From positions 81,415 to 145,414 of the forward strand of contig CP066697.1 of NCBI GenBank assembly GCA_016432625.1: a stretch of DNA of 64,000 bases. The letters run 5' to 3'. Shown here piece after piece: positions 1-7,460 of the stretch. Both the position numbers and the translations under genes were made by a program. Source of the DNA: Candidatus Berkelbacteria bacterium (GTDB lineage: Bacteria; Patescibacteriota; UBA1384; 2-12-FULL-50-11). Numbering within the stretch: the first letter of the stretch is position 1; the number at the start of each line of letters is the position of its first letter. A model generated the notes under the pieces. It saw only the letters and a list, made by a program, of their open reading frames with translations, ran no database searches and was not told the DNA's origin.

Positions 1-105
1 CGTCAGGCTTTCCCATTTGCCGAGCGCCGCCTTGTCGGCAGCTAAAAGTTTTTTCAGATCATCCGGTAATTTGTGCGCCGTCCCGCCTGAAATTTCTTTA
101 GCCAT
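1..105 (-). CDS. YdeI/OmpD-associated family protein (runs off window edge)
   Basis: Manual translation from ATG at 105: MAKEISGGTAHKLPDDLKKLLAADKAALGKWESLT; LPDDL..L...A...WE.LT is typical of this family; overlaps the DUF1801 stop. Confidence 0.7.
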   Translation of the reverse strand, partial: MAKEISGGTAHKLPDDLKKLLAADKAALGKWESLT

Positions 106-520
106 TTGGATACTTCTTCTGCATATACTCCCAGGAAGCTTTGACTAAATCTTCCAGGACATTCAGGTCGATATCGGCCAGTTTGTCGATGTACAAACAG
201 CCGACGCCCGTTTTGTGCTTGCCGAGCTTCTTTAGCAAAGGCGCGTCTTGATCACCGGTTAGGACGTATAAGGTTAGGGCAGATTTTCGCGGCGAGAAAC
301 CAATTCTTAGCCAGTCACCTTCCTGGCTACTCCGCTCGGATTTGTAGTGATAAACGCCAAACCCAACCATCGTTGGTCCCCACATTACCGGTTTTTCGCC
401 GGCAACTTTTTTAAACAGTTCTAGGAGCATGAAGCCGTCGGCCCGTTTTTGCTCCGGCTCAACTTTATTTAAGAATTCTTCAACACTCGCACTAGTTGCT
501 TTGGTTTTTGGCTCCGCCAT
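98..520 (-). CDS. DUF1801 domain protein
   Basis: MAEPKTKAT..MWGPTMVGFG.YHYK..GDW..IGFSPRK..LGKHKTGVGCLYI family pattern. Confidence 0.85.
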   Translation of the reverse strand: MAEPKTKATSASVEEFLNKVEPEQKRADGFMLLELFKKVAGEKPVMWGPTMVGFGVYHYKSERSSQEGDWLRIGFSPRKSALTLYVLTGDQDAPLLKKLGKHKTGVGCLYIDKLADIDLNVLEDLVKASWEYMQKKYPNG

Positions 521-527
521 TTTCCAA

Positions 528-560
528 ATTGTACTACCGAACCTGAAAAAGTCGAGCTTA
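528..560 (-). repeat. Junction repeat copy 1 (TAA-GCTCGAC-TTTTT-CAGGTTCGG-TAG-TACAAT)
   Basis: Matches copies at ~1803, 2716, 3826 and 4531; TACAAT lies 7 nt before the ATG at 520. Confidence 0.8.
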
Positions 561-574
561 TACGCCTCGCTAAC

Positions 575-611
575 TAAAACAGCACCGTCGTAATGACAAG
601 TGCTGCTTTAG
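575..611 (-). terminator. Hairpin after the 62-aa gene
   Basis: Imperfect inverted repeat taaaacagcac...gtgctgcttta. Confidence 0.5.
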
Positions 612-622
612 TGCGGGAAGGG

Positions 623-811
623 TTACTTCCAGCTAAAGGACTGGCTTAATATCCAGAGCGTGAATGCCGCGGAGATGAAGAACAGCCCCAATCCGATCGG
701 GCTTCCCCAGCTGAACCACGAACCCCACGCCCGCCAATGTTTCAGGCTGTTCTCGTGGCTCCAGTCATATTCCTTCTCGTAATCCCGAGGGCTTTTGTCT
801 TGGTTTTCCAT
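623..811 (-). CDS. Small Trp-rich membrane protein
   Basis: 62-aa ORF with a C-terminal TM helix and AAGGGG RBS-like sequence upstream. Confidence 0.6.
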   Translation of the reverse strand: MENQDKSPRDYEKEYDWSHENSLKHWRAWGSWFSWGSPIGLGLFFISAAFTLWILSQSFSWK

Positions 812-996
812 ATCACCCCTTCGTTAATTGATGAGTGCCTGTCGTGCCGGGTTCGACGATGCCCAGGTCGACGCAGACGTACTCATTCGCTCTGTCTGGT
901 CTTGGCGTCCGCCATGTCGTTCGCCGAATGAGTGGCGCATGGTTGGAGGACGACCACAGTGATTGTATTTAACCAGTAACTAACAGGCCTGGCAAA

Positions 997-1206
997 CTAG
1001 GACTTGCCGTTTAAGTACTTGCTCGCAACGCTCAAGGCAAATGATGGCAGAATGATAAAAATAGAAGTCAGGAAAAGCCTCGTGACTACTAACTTTAGGC
1101 CAGTACTGCTGTCATCTGGATCGGTTCCGGTCAGAACCATGAAGATCCCTAAGATGCCAAAAGCTATTGAGGAGTAGATAAATACTCGAGTTGCTATTTT
1201 TTGCAT
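997..1206 (-). CDS. Small two-TM membrane protein
   Basis: 69-aa ORF with two hydrophobic helices. Confidence 0.65.
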   Translation of the reverse strand: MQKIATRVFIYSSIAFGILGIFMVLTGTDPDDSSTGLKLVVTRLFLTSIFIILPSFALSVASKYLNGKS

Positions 1207-1264
1207 GCCTGAAGCGTATCACAACCAATAACTCTATTCAGCCCTGTTTGTGAAGGAGGTGGGG

Positions 1265-1726
1265 TTAATACTTGTCAATCACAATCTTCTTTTGCTGCAT
1301 CAGGGTGGAGAAAGCATTTGGTTTCTGCATCAGTTCTTCCATATCCCTGGGCACTATTTGCCAACTTAAGCCGTACTTATCTTTGCACCAGCCACATTGC
1401 TCCGATTCTGGCACGGCTGAGAGTTTCTCCCAGTAGTAATCGATTTCTTTTTGATCTTCGCTGGCAATGGCAAAAGATACGGCTTCGTTAAACTTGAACT
1501 CGGGACCAGCGTTGATGGCGATAAAGCGCATCCCCTCAAGCTCAAACTCGACTGTTAATACTTCGCCGGCTAAGTCTTTCTGAAAATCAGCCAGACCCTC
1601 CTCGGCGCTTTTGGGATAATGCTCGGTCGATAATATTTTGCTGTTTGGGAATACCGAAACGTAAAAATCTACAGCTTCCTTTGCGTTGCCGTCAAACCAT
1701 AAATTTGGGGTTATTTTTTGGGTCAT
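1265..1726 (-). CDS. VOC/PhnB-like (3-demethylubiquinone-9 3-methyltransferase family) protein
   Basis: MTQKITPNLWFDGNAKEA..NAGPEFKFNEAVSF..EQCGWCKDKYGLSWQIVP; start moved to ATG 1726, which has AAAGGAAA upstream. Confidence 0.9.
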   Translation of the reverse strand: MTQKITPNLWFDGNAKEAVDFYVSVFPNSKILSTEHYPKSAEEGLADFQKDLAGEVLTVEFELEGMRFIAINAGPEFKFNEAVSFAIASEDQKEIDYYWEKLSAVPESEQCGWCKDKYGLSWQIVPRDMEELMQKPNAFSTLMQQKKIVIDKY

Positions 1727-1802
1727 TAATTTCCTTTCTTTAGACCAATAGTATCTCAAAAAGCAGCAGGGTAATTGGAAGTTTTATAAACCCGCCAACA
1801 AT

Positions 1803-1824
1803 TTCCCAACCTGGGAATGTCGAG
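1803..1824 (-). repeat. Junction repeat copy 2 (CTCGAC-ATTCC-CAGGTTGGG), lacks the -10 box
   Basis: 6 nt after the PepSY gene stop codon; same spacing as the other copies. Confidence 0.7.
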
Positions 1825-1830
1825 AAAGTA

Positions 1831-2190
1831 TTACTCGCCGTCGCCAGCCTCGACTCTCATGATTTCACCGGTTACCGCATTAACATCAACGCGACCGCTG
1901 TCGGTGAATCGGACGCTATAAACCCCAACGCCCTCCTCGACCTCCTGCTCAATTTTCTCAATGGTTTTGCCAGGGCGGCGGTTCTGGGCGATAGTCCGAG
2001 CTTGTTCGATGGTGATATCACCGATAAATTTGTCGGGAACCTCGTCAGTTTCTTCGGACTTGGCAGAATCGCCCACACTTGGCTGGACCTCAACTTTTTC
2101 GACGCTACTATTGTTTCGGGAAGCTAAATAACCCCCGCCCAGGATAATAGCCGCAAGCACGGTTACTATTAAAATAGTTGTTGTTTTCAT
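1831..2190 (-). CDS. PepSY-domain secreted/membrane-anchored protein
   Basis: N-terminal TM; ITIEQARTIA...PG...Y.V...VDVNAVTGEI PepSY pattern. Confidence 0.8.
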   Translation of the reverse strand: MKTTTILIVTVLAAIILGGGYLASRNNSSVEKVEVQPSVGDSAKSEETDEVPDKFIGDITIEQARTIAQNRRPGKTIEKIEQEVEEGVGVYSVRFTDSGRVDVNAVTGEIMRVEAGDGE

Positions 2191-2309
2191 CTGTATTATC
2201 CTATACCTATTTCTTCCTAACTAAACTGGACGATCTGTATAAAACAAACAGCCCGCCACAAGGACTAGCTCTTCGTTCGCTCCGAATTGTGCAGGAGGTT
2301 AGGCTGCGC

Positions 2310-2708
2310 TTAACCTAAGCTAGAGGATCGCCACCAATACGGCTGAACTTGCTTCAACGATACTGATTGCCACTTGGTCGGATCGTTTTCTTGGGGAATT
2401 GCTACTCGAACATCCTCACCAAACCAGAAAAAGCGTTCCTGGCAAATACCGCACGGCGTATAAATGATAACCTGGCCGGTCTTATCGTTATTAGCAATAC
2501 AAATCGAGGCAACTATTTTCTTCTTTAATTTTTGGGCTTCACAAATCGGCCCAGCTTCGGCACACAAGCAGACTTGATCGTGCGGACTGTCAGTCGAAAC
2601 CCCCGTCAGGATTTGGCCGTCTTCGACGTAACAAGCACTAACTGCTTGATCAGGGTGCTCTTCCAATAGTGATCGGGCAGCATCGTATAGTTTCTGGTCA
2701 ACTTCCAT
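2310..2708 (-). CDS. Cytidine deaminase family protein (blasticidin-S-deaminase-like)
   Basis: CAE and PCGICQE zinc motifs. Confidence 0.85.
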   Translation of the reverse strand: MEVDQKLYDAARSLLEEHPDQAVSACYVEDGQILTGVSTDSPHDQVCLCAEAGPICEAQKLKKKIVASICIANNDKTGQVIIYTPCGICQERFFWFGEDVRVAIPQENDPTKWQSVSLKQVQPYWWRSSSLG

Positions 2709-2715
2709 TCACTTG

Positions 2716-2747
2716 ATTGTACCCCCGAACCTGGAAATGTCGAGCTA
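2716..2747 (-). repeat. Junction repeat copy 3 (TAG-CTCGAC-ATTTC-CAGGTTCGG-GGG-TACAAT)
   Basis: Begins at the cfa stop codon; TACAAT lies 7 nt before the ATG at 2708. Confidence 0.85.
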
Positions 2748-3818
2748 CTTTGCCTTGGAGTAAGTAATTTGCCACAGCTGTAGGTTTCTCGCACGGAATG
2801 AGCCAGCGCAACCTTGAAGGTAGAGTTTCCACATTCTGTAGAACCTTCCCCCATACTTACTTTTGAGCTTAGGCCAATTTCTATCAAAATTATCCCACCA
2901 GGCCATTAACGTCTTGTCGTAATCAGTACCGAAGTTTTCTAGACCCTCCTCAATAAAGAGCCCTTGAGTCGCTCGATCAAGCTGTTCGAGGGAAGGAAGC
3001 ATACCTCCCGGAAAGATATACTTATCAATCCAAGGGTTAGTGTGGGTTGTCGAGAAATTGCCCCCGATTGTTTGAAACACGAACAGCCCACCTTCGGGCA
3101 GACATCGATGAACGACATCCATATAGTGACGATAGTTTTTCCAGCCCACAGCTTCGAACATTTCTATCGAAACTACTGCATCAAACTTTTCGTTAACGTC
3201 ACGATAATCGGCCAGCCTGTTTTCGACAGGCAATCCTTCACACAGCTCGTTAGCTAATTTAACTTGCTCTTTTGAAACCGTGATATTTACTACCGAAACC
3301 CCATACTTTCGAGCGGCATACTTTGCAAAACTGCCCCAACCGCCCCCAATATCCAACACTCTCATTTTCGGCTTGAGCTTCAACTTTTGGCATATAAGGT
3401 CGAGCTTCTGCTCCTGAGCTTCGTTTAGTGACTTTACGCCTCTCCAGTACCCGCACGTATAAACTAGCCGATGGTCGAGCATTGCCTGGAATAAATCGTT
3501 GCCAAGATCGTAGTGCTCTTTGGCAAGACGCTTAGCGTACCAGCGACTGCCAGTATTTAGTAAGTAGCCAAGCCCAGCGTGAATCAGCCAAGTAGGATGC
3601 TTATAGAGAGATTTCGCCAAGTTTGCTTTGTAGGCTCGGTACACTAGTTGGTCAATCGATTGGCAGTCCCACTGACCATCCATATAACTCTCTCCGATCC
3701 CCAAAATGCCGCCGAAGATCGTTCTTTGGAAGGCTTGCTGGTCGTTTACCTTAAGATCCCAAGCACGCTTTCCATCAAGCCGGATGTCGGCTTGAGCTAG
3801 GAGTTTTTCAATTAACAT
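2745..3818 (-). CDS. cfa: Cyclopropane fatty acyl phospholipid synthase
   Basis: GIGESYMDGQW, HYDLGNDLFQAMLD..YTCGYW, LDIGGGWG, SIEMFEAVG, WIDKYIFPGG. Confidence 0.93.
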   Translation of the reverse strand: MLIEKLLAQADIRLDGKRAWDLKVNDQQAFQRTIFGGILGIGESYMDGQWDCQSIDQLVYRAYKANLAKSLYKHPTWLIHAGLGYLLNTGSRWYAKRLAKEHYDLGNDLFQAMLDHRLVYTCGYWRGVKSLNEAQEQKLDLICQKLKLKPKMRVLDIGGGWGSFAKYAARKYGVSVVNITVSKEQVKLANELCEGLPVENRLADYRDVNEKFDAVVSIEMFEAVGWKNYRHYMDVVHRCLPEGGLFVFQTIGGNFSTTHTNPWIDKYIFPGGMLPSLEQLDRATQGLFIEEGLENFGTDYDKTLMAWWDNFDRNWPKLKSKYGGRFYRMWKLYLQGCAGSFRARNLQLWQITYSKAK

Positions 3819-3825
3819 CGATCTA

Positions 3826-3857
3826 ATTGTACAGTTGAACCTGAAATTATCGAGCTA
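3826..3857 (-). repeat. Junction repeat copy 4 (TAG-CTCGAT-AATTT-CAGGTTCAA-CTG-TACAAT)
   Basis: Begins at the methyltransferase stop codon; TACAAT lies 7 nt before the ATG at 3818. Confidence 0.8.
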
Positions 3858-4523
3858 ATTCTGTCGCTTTTTGGCAGTAATGAAGAGCGTCTCCGGTATC
3901 TGCTCGGGATTTTCTGCATCGATTGAAGCGGACTCGTCTAATTCTTTGAGGTCAAAGAGCTGCATAAACTCCTCGGAAAGGTAGTCGGTTATATTATGGG
4001 GAGGGAATGTGACAGTAACCTTACCTCCGTAGAGCTTAACCGCAACCAGCGCCTCTCTTGTGCGGGAAATCGTGAATGTATCGAATATTGGGTGGCTCAC
4101 GGCTAGCAGCAATTTACCGCCTGGTTTCAAAGTTCGAGCCATTTCCCGATGAGCTTTTGAAAATTTATTGAGGTAGTGCATAGAGAAGCGCCCCATAATT
4201 AGTCCAAAGAAGTTATCAGAGAACGGAATATTTTCATAACCGCCGATTTTGATATTTTCGGGGTGACCGACATTCTCTTTAGCCAGTTCGTACATTGTTT
4301 CCGAGGGTTCAATGCCAAACGCCTCAATGCCGTTACCCTCGCACCACTTAACATCGTCACCGGCACTACAGCCAATATCCAATACCGGCCCTTTGACCCT
4401 CTTCAGTTCGGCCCGAAGCTTCGTCCTGGTCCAATCCTCTTTATTGGAAAAGAATTTACGCTGGTAATTGACGTAATCTTTTCCCATCGTGTCGTACTGT
4501 TTTAGCATCTCTTCGCCGTTCAT
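3855..4523 (-). CDS. Class I SAM-dependent methyltransferase
   Basis: VLDIGCSAG, GIEPS..M, IPF.DN.F, LKPGG motifs. Confidence 0.9.
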   Translation of the reverse strand: MNGEEMLKQYDTMGKDYVNYQRKFFSNKEDWTRTKLRAELKRVKGPVLDIGCSAGDDVKWCEGNGIEAFGIEPSETMYELAKENVGHPENIKIGGYENIPFSDNFFGLIMGRFSMHYLNKFSKAHREMARTLKPGGKLLLAVSHPIFDTFTISRTREALVAVKLYGGKVTVTFPPHNITDYLSEEFMQLFDLKELDESASIDAENPEQIPETLFITAKKRQN

Positions 4524-4530
4524 CGCTTAG

Positions 4531-4562
4531 ATTTTACTCCCGAACCTGGGATTGTCGAGCTA
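4531..4562 (-). repeat. Junction repeat copy 5 (TAG-CTCGAC-AATCC-CAGGTTCGG-GAG-TAAAAT)
   Basis: Begins at the stop of the 85-aa gene; TAAAAT lies 7 nt before the ATG at 4523. Confidence 0.85.
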
Positions 4563-4817
4563 GCGATCCCGGCTCTTGAGCCAAGCATTTTTCGCCCACT
4601 GCAGGGTTAGCGTTGAGATCAGAAACCCTATCGAAGGAATAATCGCATTGCCCCACGGCCTATTTATCCCCATCAGTTGCATATAAGCGCCAATTAATAA
4701 GTACGTTGTAATAAGCAGGATAATTTTACGAATCAGGCTAGTCTCCCACTCTTTATCGGAGGCCACTTTTGCGTTGCGAGCTTCGATCGCAGACACGCGT
4801 TTTTCGAGATCTTTCAT
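4560..4817 (-). CDS. Small membrane protein
   Basis: 85 aa with an N-terminal coil and two TM segments; ATG is 3 nt downstream of tRNA-Asn. Confidence 0.75.
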   Translation of the reverse strand: MKDLEKRVSAIEARNAKVASDKEWETSLIRKIILLITTYLLIGAYMQLMGINRPWGNAIIPSIGFLISTLTLQWAKNAWLKSRDR

Positions 4818-4820
4818 CTG

Positions 4821-4892
4821 CTCCGGAGGTCGGATTCGAACCGACGACCAATGCGTTAACAGCGCACTGCTCTACCGCTGAGCTACTCCGGA
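4821..4892 (-). tRNA. tRNA-Asn(GTT)
   Basis: TCCGGAG TAGCTCAGCGGTAGAGC A GTGCG-CTGTTAA-CGCAT ... GTTCGAATC ... CTCCGGA G cloverleaf; CCA not encoded. Confidence 0.95.
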
Positions 4893-5211
4893 ATACGTTC
4901 GTACTTTTTAGCGAAAGACGGCTCAAAATCCCCAGCGAGGATTTTGTCCTTCCGCTCGGACTCGCTCTGCCGCTACGCGGCAACCATGCCCGCTCGTCCT
5001 GCGCGAGACTTTCTTATAAAAAGTACTCACTCAAACAATAAGGTACTGGCATATTTTACCGCAGCGGCACTCTCGAAACAATCAGGACAGCCGCCTTTAC
5101 GAAACGTCTACGTCCAGGTTAAATGTTTAGTAGGAGGGGAAATTCAACAGATTATTCGTATCACTCATATCTGTCACATCGTTACTAATATAGTTCGGGG
5201 TGAGGTATAAG

Positions 5212-5775
5212 ATGCAACAGATCAAAGTAGGAGTTTCTGGTTCAGCGGTCATTTCGGGCAAGGAAGCAGCGCGCAAAGCTGAACTTATCGGTTACTACCT
5301 GGCACGCGCTGGGGCGATTGTTGTAACCGGAGACACGACCGGCATACCCAACGAAGCGGCCCGCGGCGCCAAACGCGCACGCGGTTTTACCTTAGGCATC
5401 TCGCCGGCCTCTAGCTTTCACGACCACGTTCGGCGCTATAAACTACCGTACAAATACACTGATTTTGCGATATACACTGGGTTTGGATACTCCGGACGCA
5501 ATCTATTATTCATTCGCGCAACTGATGCGGTGATTTTCATCCATGGCCGTATTGGAACCTTGAACGAGTTCACGATTGCCTTTGAAGATAAAAAGCCGAT
5601 CGGCATCCTGACAGACTCCGGCGGCATCTCTGATGAATTGGACCATTTGCTGACCGTGGCTCATCGTGGCCGCAACCTGATTGTGTTCGACGAGGATCCG
5701 AAACGCTTAGTCCAGAAAGTTCTCAAGATGGCCCACGAAGACCTGCGACGAGTTGCCCGCGGTGCTGATGGTTAA
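5212..5775 (+). CDS. LOG/TIGR00725 family Rossmann-fold nucleotide-binding protein
   Basis: VGVSGS, TGDTTGIP, GISP, TGFGYSGRN, GRIGTLNEF motifs. Confidence 0.85.
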   Translation: MQQIKVGVSGSAVISGKEAARKAELIGYYLARAGAIVVTGDTTGIPNEAARGAKRARGFTLGISPASSFHDHVRRYKLPYKYTDFAIYTGFGYSGRNLLFIRATDAVIFIHGRIGTLNEFTIAFEDKKPIGILTDSGGISDELDHLLTVAHRGRNLIVFDEDPKRLVQKVLKMAHEDLRRVARGADG

Positions 5776-7126
5776 ACTTGGTTTCTACGGCGCGGCCGGT
5801 GAGGTAACTGGTTCGAATTTTCTTATTGACACCGGTGAGCATAAATACATTGTCGACTGCGGCCTGTTTCAGGGAGCGGACGAGATTACCGAGCACAACG
5901 ACGAGCCGTTTGCCTATAATCCCTCCGAAGTTGAAGCGGTCGTGGTGACACACGCTCACCTCGATCACATCGGTCGCCTACCGATGCTGGTGCGAGGCGG
6001 TTATAAAGGCCCCATTTTTACTACTGAAGCAACTATCGAACTAGCTGGTTTGGTTCTGCAGGACGCGCTTGATTTGGCGACGCATCGCCACGAGCGAACT
6101 GGTAAGCCGCTATTGTTTGAACGAGTTGATTTACAGCGCACACTGGAGATGTTTCAGGCGGTACCATATCACCAACGGCACGCACTGCTCGGTAGCGACG
6201 GGTTCACGCTTTACGACGCCGGCCATATTTTGGGGTCGGCTGCAATTAGCGTTGAAGCAGGCGGTAAACGCATTGTGTTTTCCGGTGACGTCGGTCACGC
6301 CCCGAACGTTCTGCTGCCTCAGCCGGAAACTGGCTTCGCGGCCGACGTTGTCGTCACCGAAGGCACATATGGTGGCCGAGAGCGAGAAGACAAACTGGAT
6401 CGCTTGGCGGTCATCAGGGAAGCGGTGGATTGGGTTACCGAGCGCAAAGGCGTACTGCTCGTACCGGCGTTTTCCGTAGAGCGTAGCCAAGAGCTCCTCT
6501 ACCTCTTAAACACCTTGTTTAACAAACACCAATTGCCGAAAATCCCGATATTTCTTGATAGCCCGCTCGCCATCGAGGCGCTTCAAGTTTTTGAACGCCA
6601 CCAAGAGCTTTACCGCAAGGACGTCCAACAAGTCCGTCGAGTTGACGACGATATTTTCTCGTTTAAGGGTCTGGCGCTGGCGACGTCCGTCGATGAGTCA
6701 AAAGCCATTAATGAGCAGGCGCCGCCAAAAATAATTATCGCTGGCTCGGGCATGATGGAAGGCGGCCGCATTCATCACCATCTGAAACGCTATCTTGGTT
6801 GGCCCAATACCTACCTGCTGGTTGTCGGCTTCCAGGCTCCAGGCACGCTTGGCGACCATATCCTAAGCGGCGCGTCTACCGTCAACATTCTCGGCGAGCG
6901 AATACCGATTAGAGCTAAGGTAGTGCGCGCGGATGTCTTTTCTGGCCACGCGGATAACTCGGAGCTGTTAGACTGGCTCCACGGTCTCCGTTATGCCGAT
7001 AACGCCAAGGTCTTCGTGGTGCATGCTGATGCCGATAAAACCGCACTTTTCGAAGAAAATATAAAGCGCGCCATACCGCACGTCAGTGTTGTTGCACCCG
7101 AACTCGGCCAAGTTACAGAACTGTAG
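5768..7126 (+). CDS. MBL-fold beta-CASP RNA-processing hydrolase
   Basis: GAAGEVTGS, DCGLFQG, THAHLDHIG, AGHILGS, FSGHAD motifs. Confidence 0.92.
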   Translation: MVKLGFYGAAGEVTGSNFLIDTGEHKYIVDCGLFQGADEITEHNDEPFAYNPSEVEAVVVTHAHLDHIGRLPMLVRGGYKGPIFTTEATIELAGLVLQDALDLATHRHERTGKPLLFERVDLQRTLEMFQAVPYHQRHALLGSDGFTLYDAGHILGSAAISVEAGGKRIVFSGDVGHAPNVLLPQPETGFAADVVVTEGTYGGREREDKLDRLAVIREAVDWVTERKGVLLVPAFSVERSQELLYLLNTLFNKHQLPKIPIFLDSPLAIEALQVFERHQELYRKDVQQVRRVDDDIFSFKGLALATSVDESKAINEQAPPKIIIAGSGMMEGGRIHHHLKRYLGWPNTYLLVVGFQAPGTLGDHILSGASTVNILGERIPIRAKVVRADVFSGHADNSELLDWLHGLRYADNAKVFVVHADADKTALFEENIKRAIPHVSVVAPELGQVTEL

Positions 7127-7174
7127 ACAGCACGTAGCTGATACTTCGCAATTCACATATCCACATCTTTAATA

Positions 7175-7191
7175 ATACCCAGGGTAGGTAT
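7175..7191 (+). promoter_or_regulatory. Probable CsoR/RcnR operator
   Basis: ATACC-CAGGGTA-GGTAT inverted repeat resembling CsoR-type TAC..G-rich..GTA boxes, just upstream of the regulator. Confidence 0.6.
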
Positions 7192-7212
7192 ATAAAAATC
7201 TAAAGGGGTAAT

Positions 7213-7455
7213 GTGGATAAACAAACGCAACAGCAATTAATAGCCCGTCTGCGTCGTATAGAGGGCCAGGTTAGGGCTCTCGAGACTTCAGTCGGTCACG
7301 ATTCGGCTGATAAAGTAGTCACCCAGCTTCAGGCAATAATCGCGGCCAATCGCGCGGCGCTACGCTTCTATCTGCAAGAGAAACTACTGGTCCAAGAAAA
7401 GTTGAGTACGGAGGACAGGCGGTTGCTAGCCCGCATCATCGATAGAGGTGCCTGA
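7213..7455 (+). CDS. CsoR/RcnR family transcriptional repressor
   Basis: LIARLRRIEGQVRAL..V.TQL.AI.AA signature. Confidence 0.85.
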   Translation: MDKQTQQQLIARLRRIEGQVRALETSVGHDSADKVVTQLQAIIAANRAALRFYLQEKLLVQEKLSTEDRRLLARIIDRGA

Positions 7456-7460
7456 ATTCC

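Noticed and set aside
528-4562. Classical integron attC sites
   Set aside because: The repeats are only ~20-30 bp, lack RYYYAAC...GTTRRRY boxes and long palindromes, and no intI is visible.
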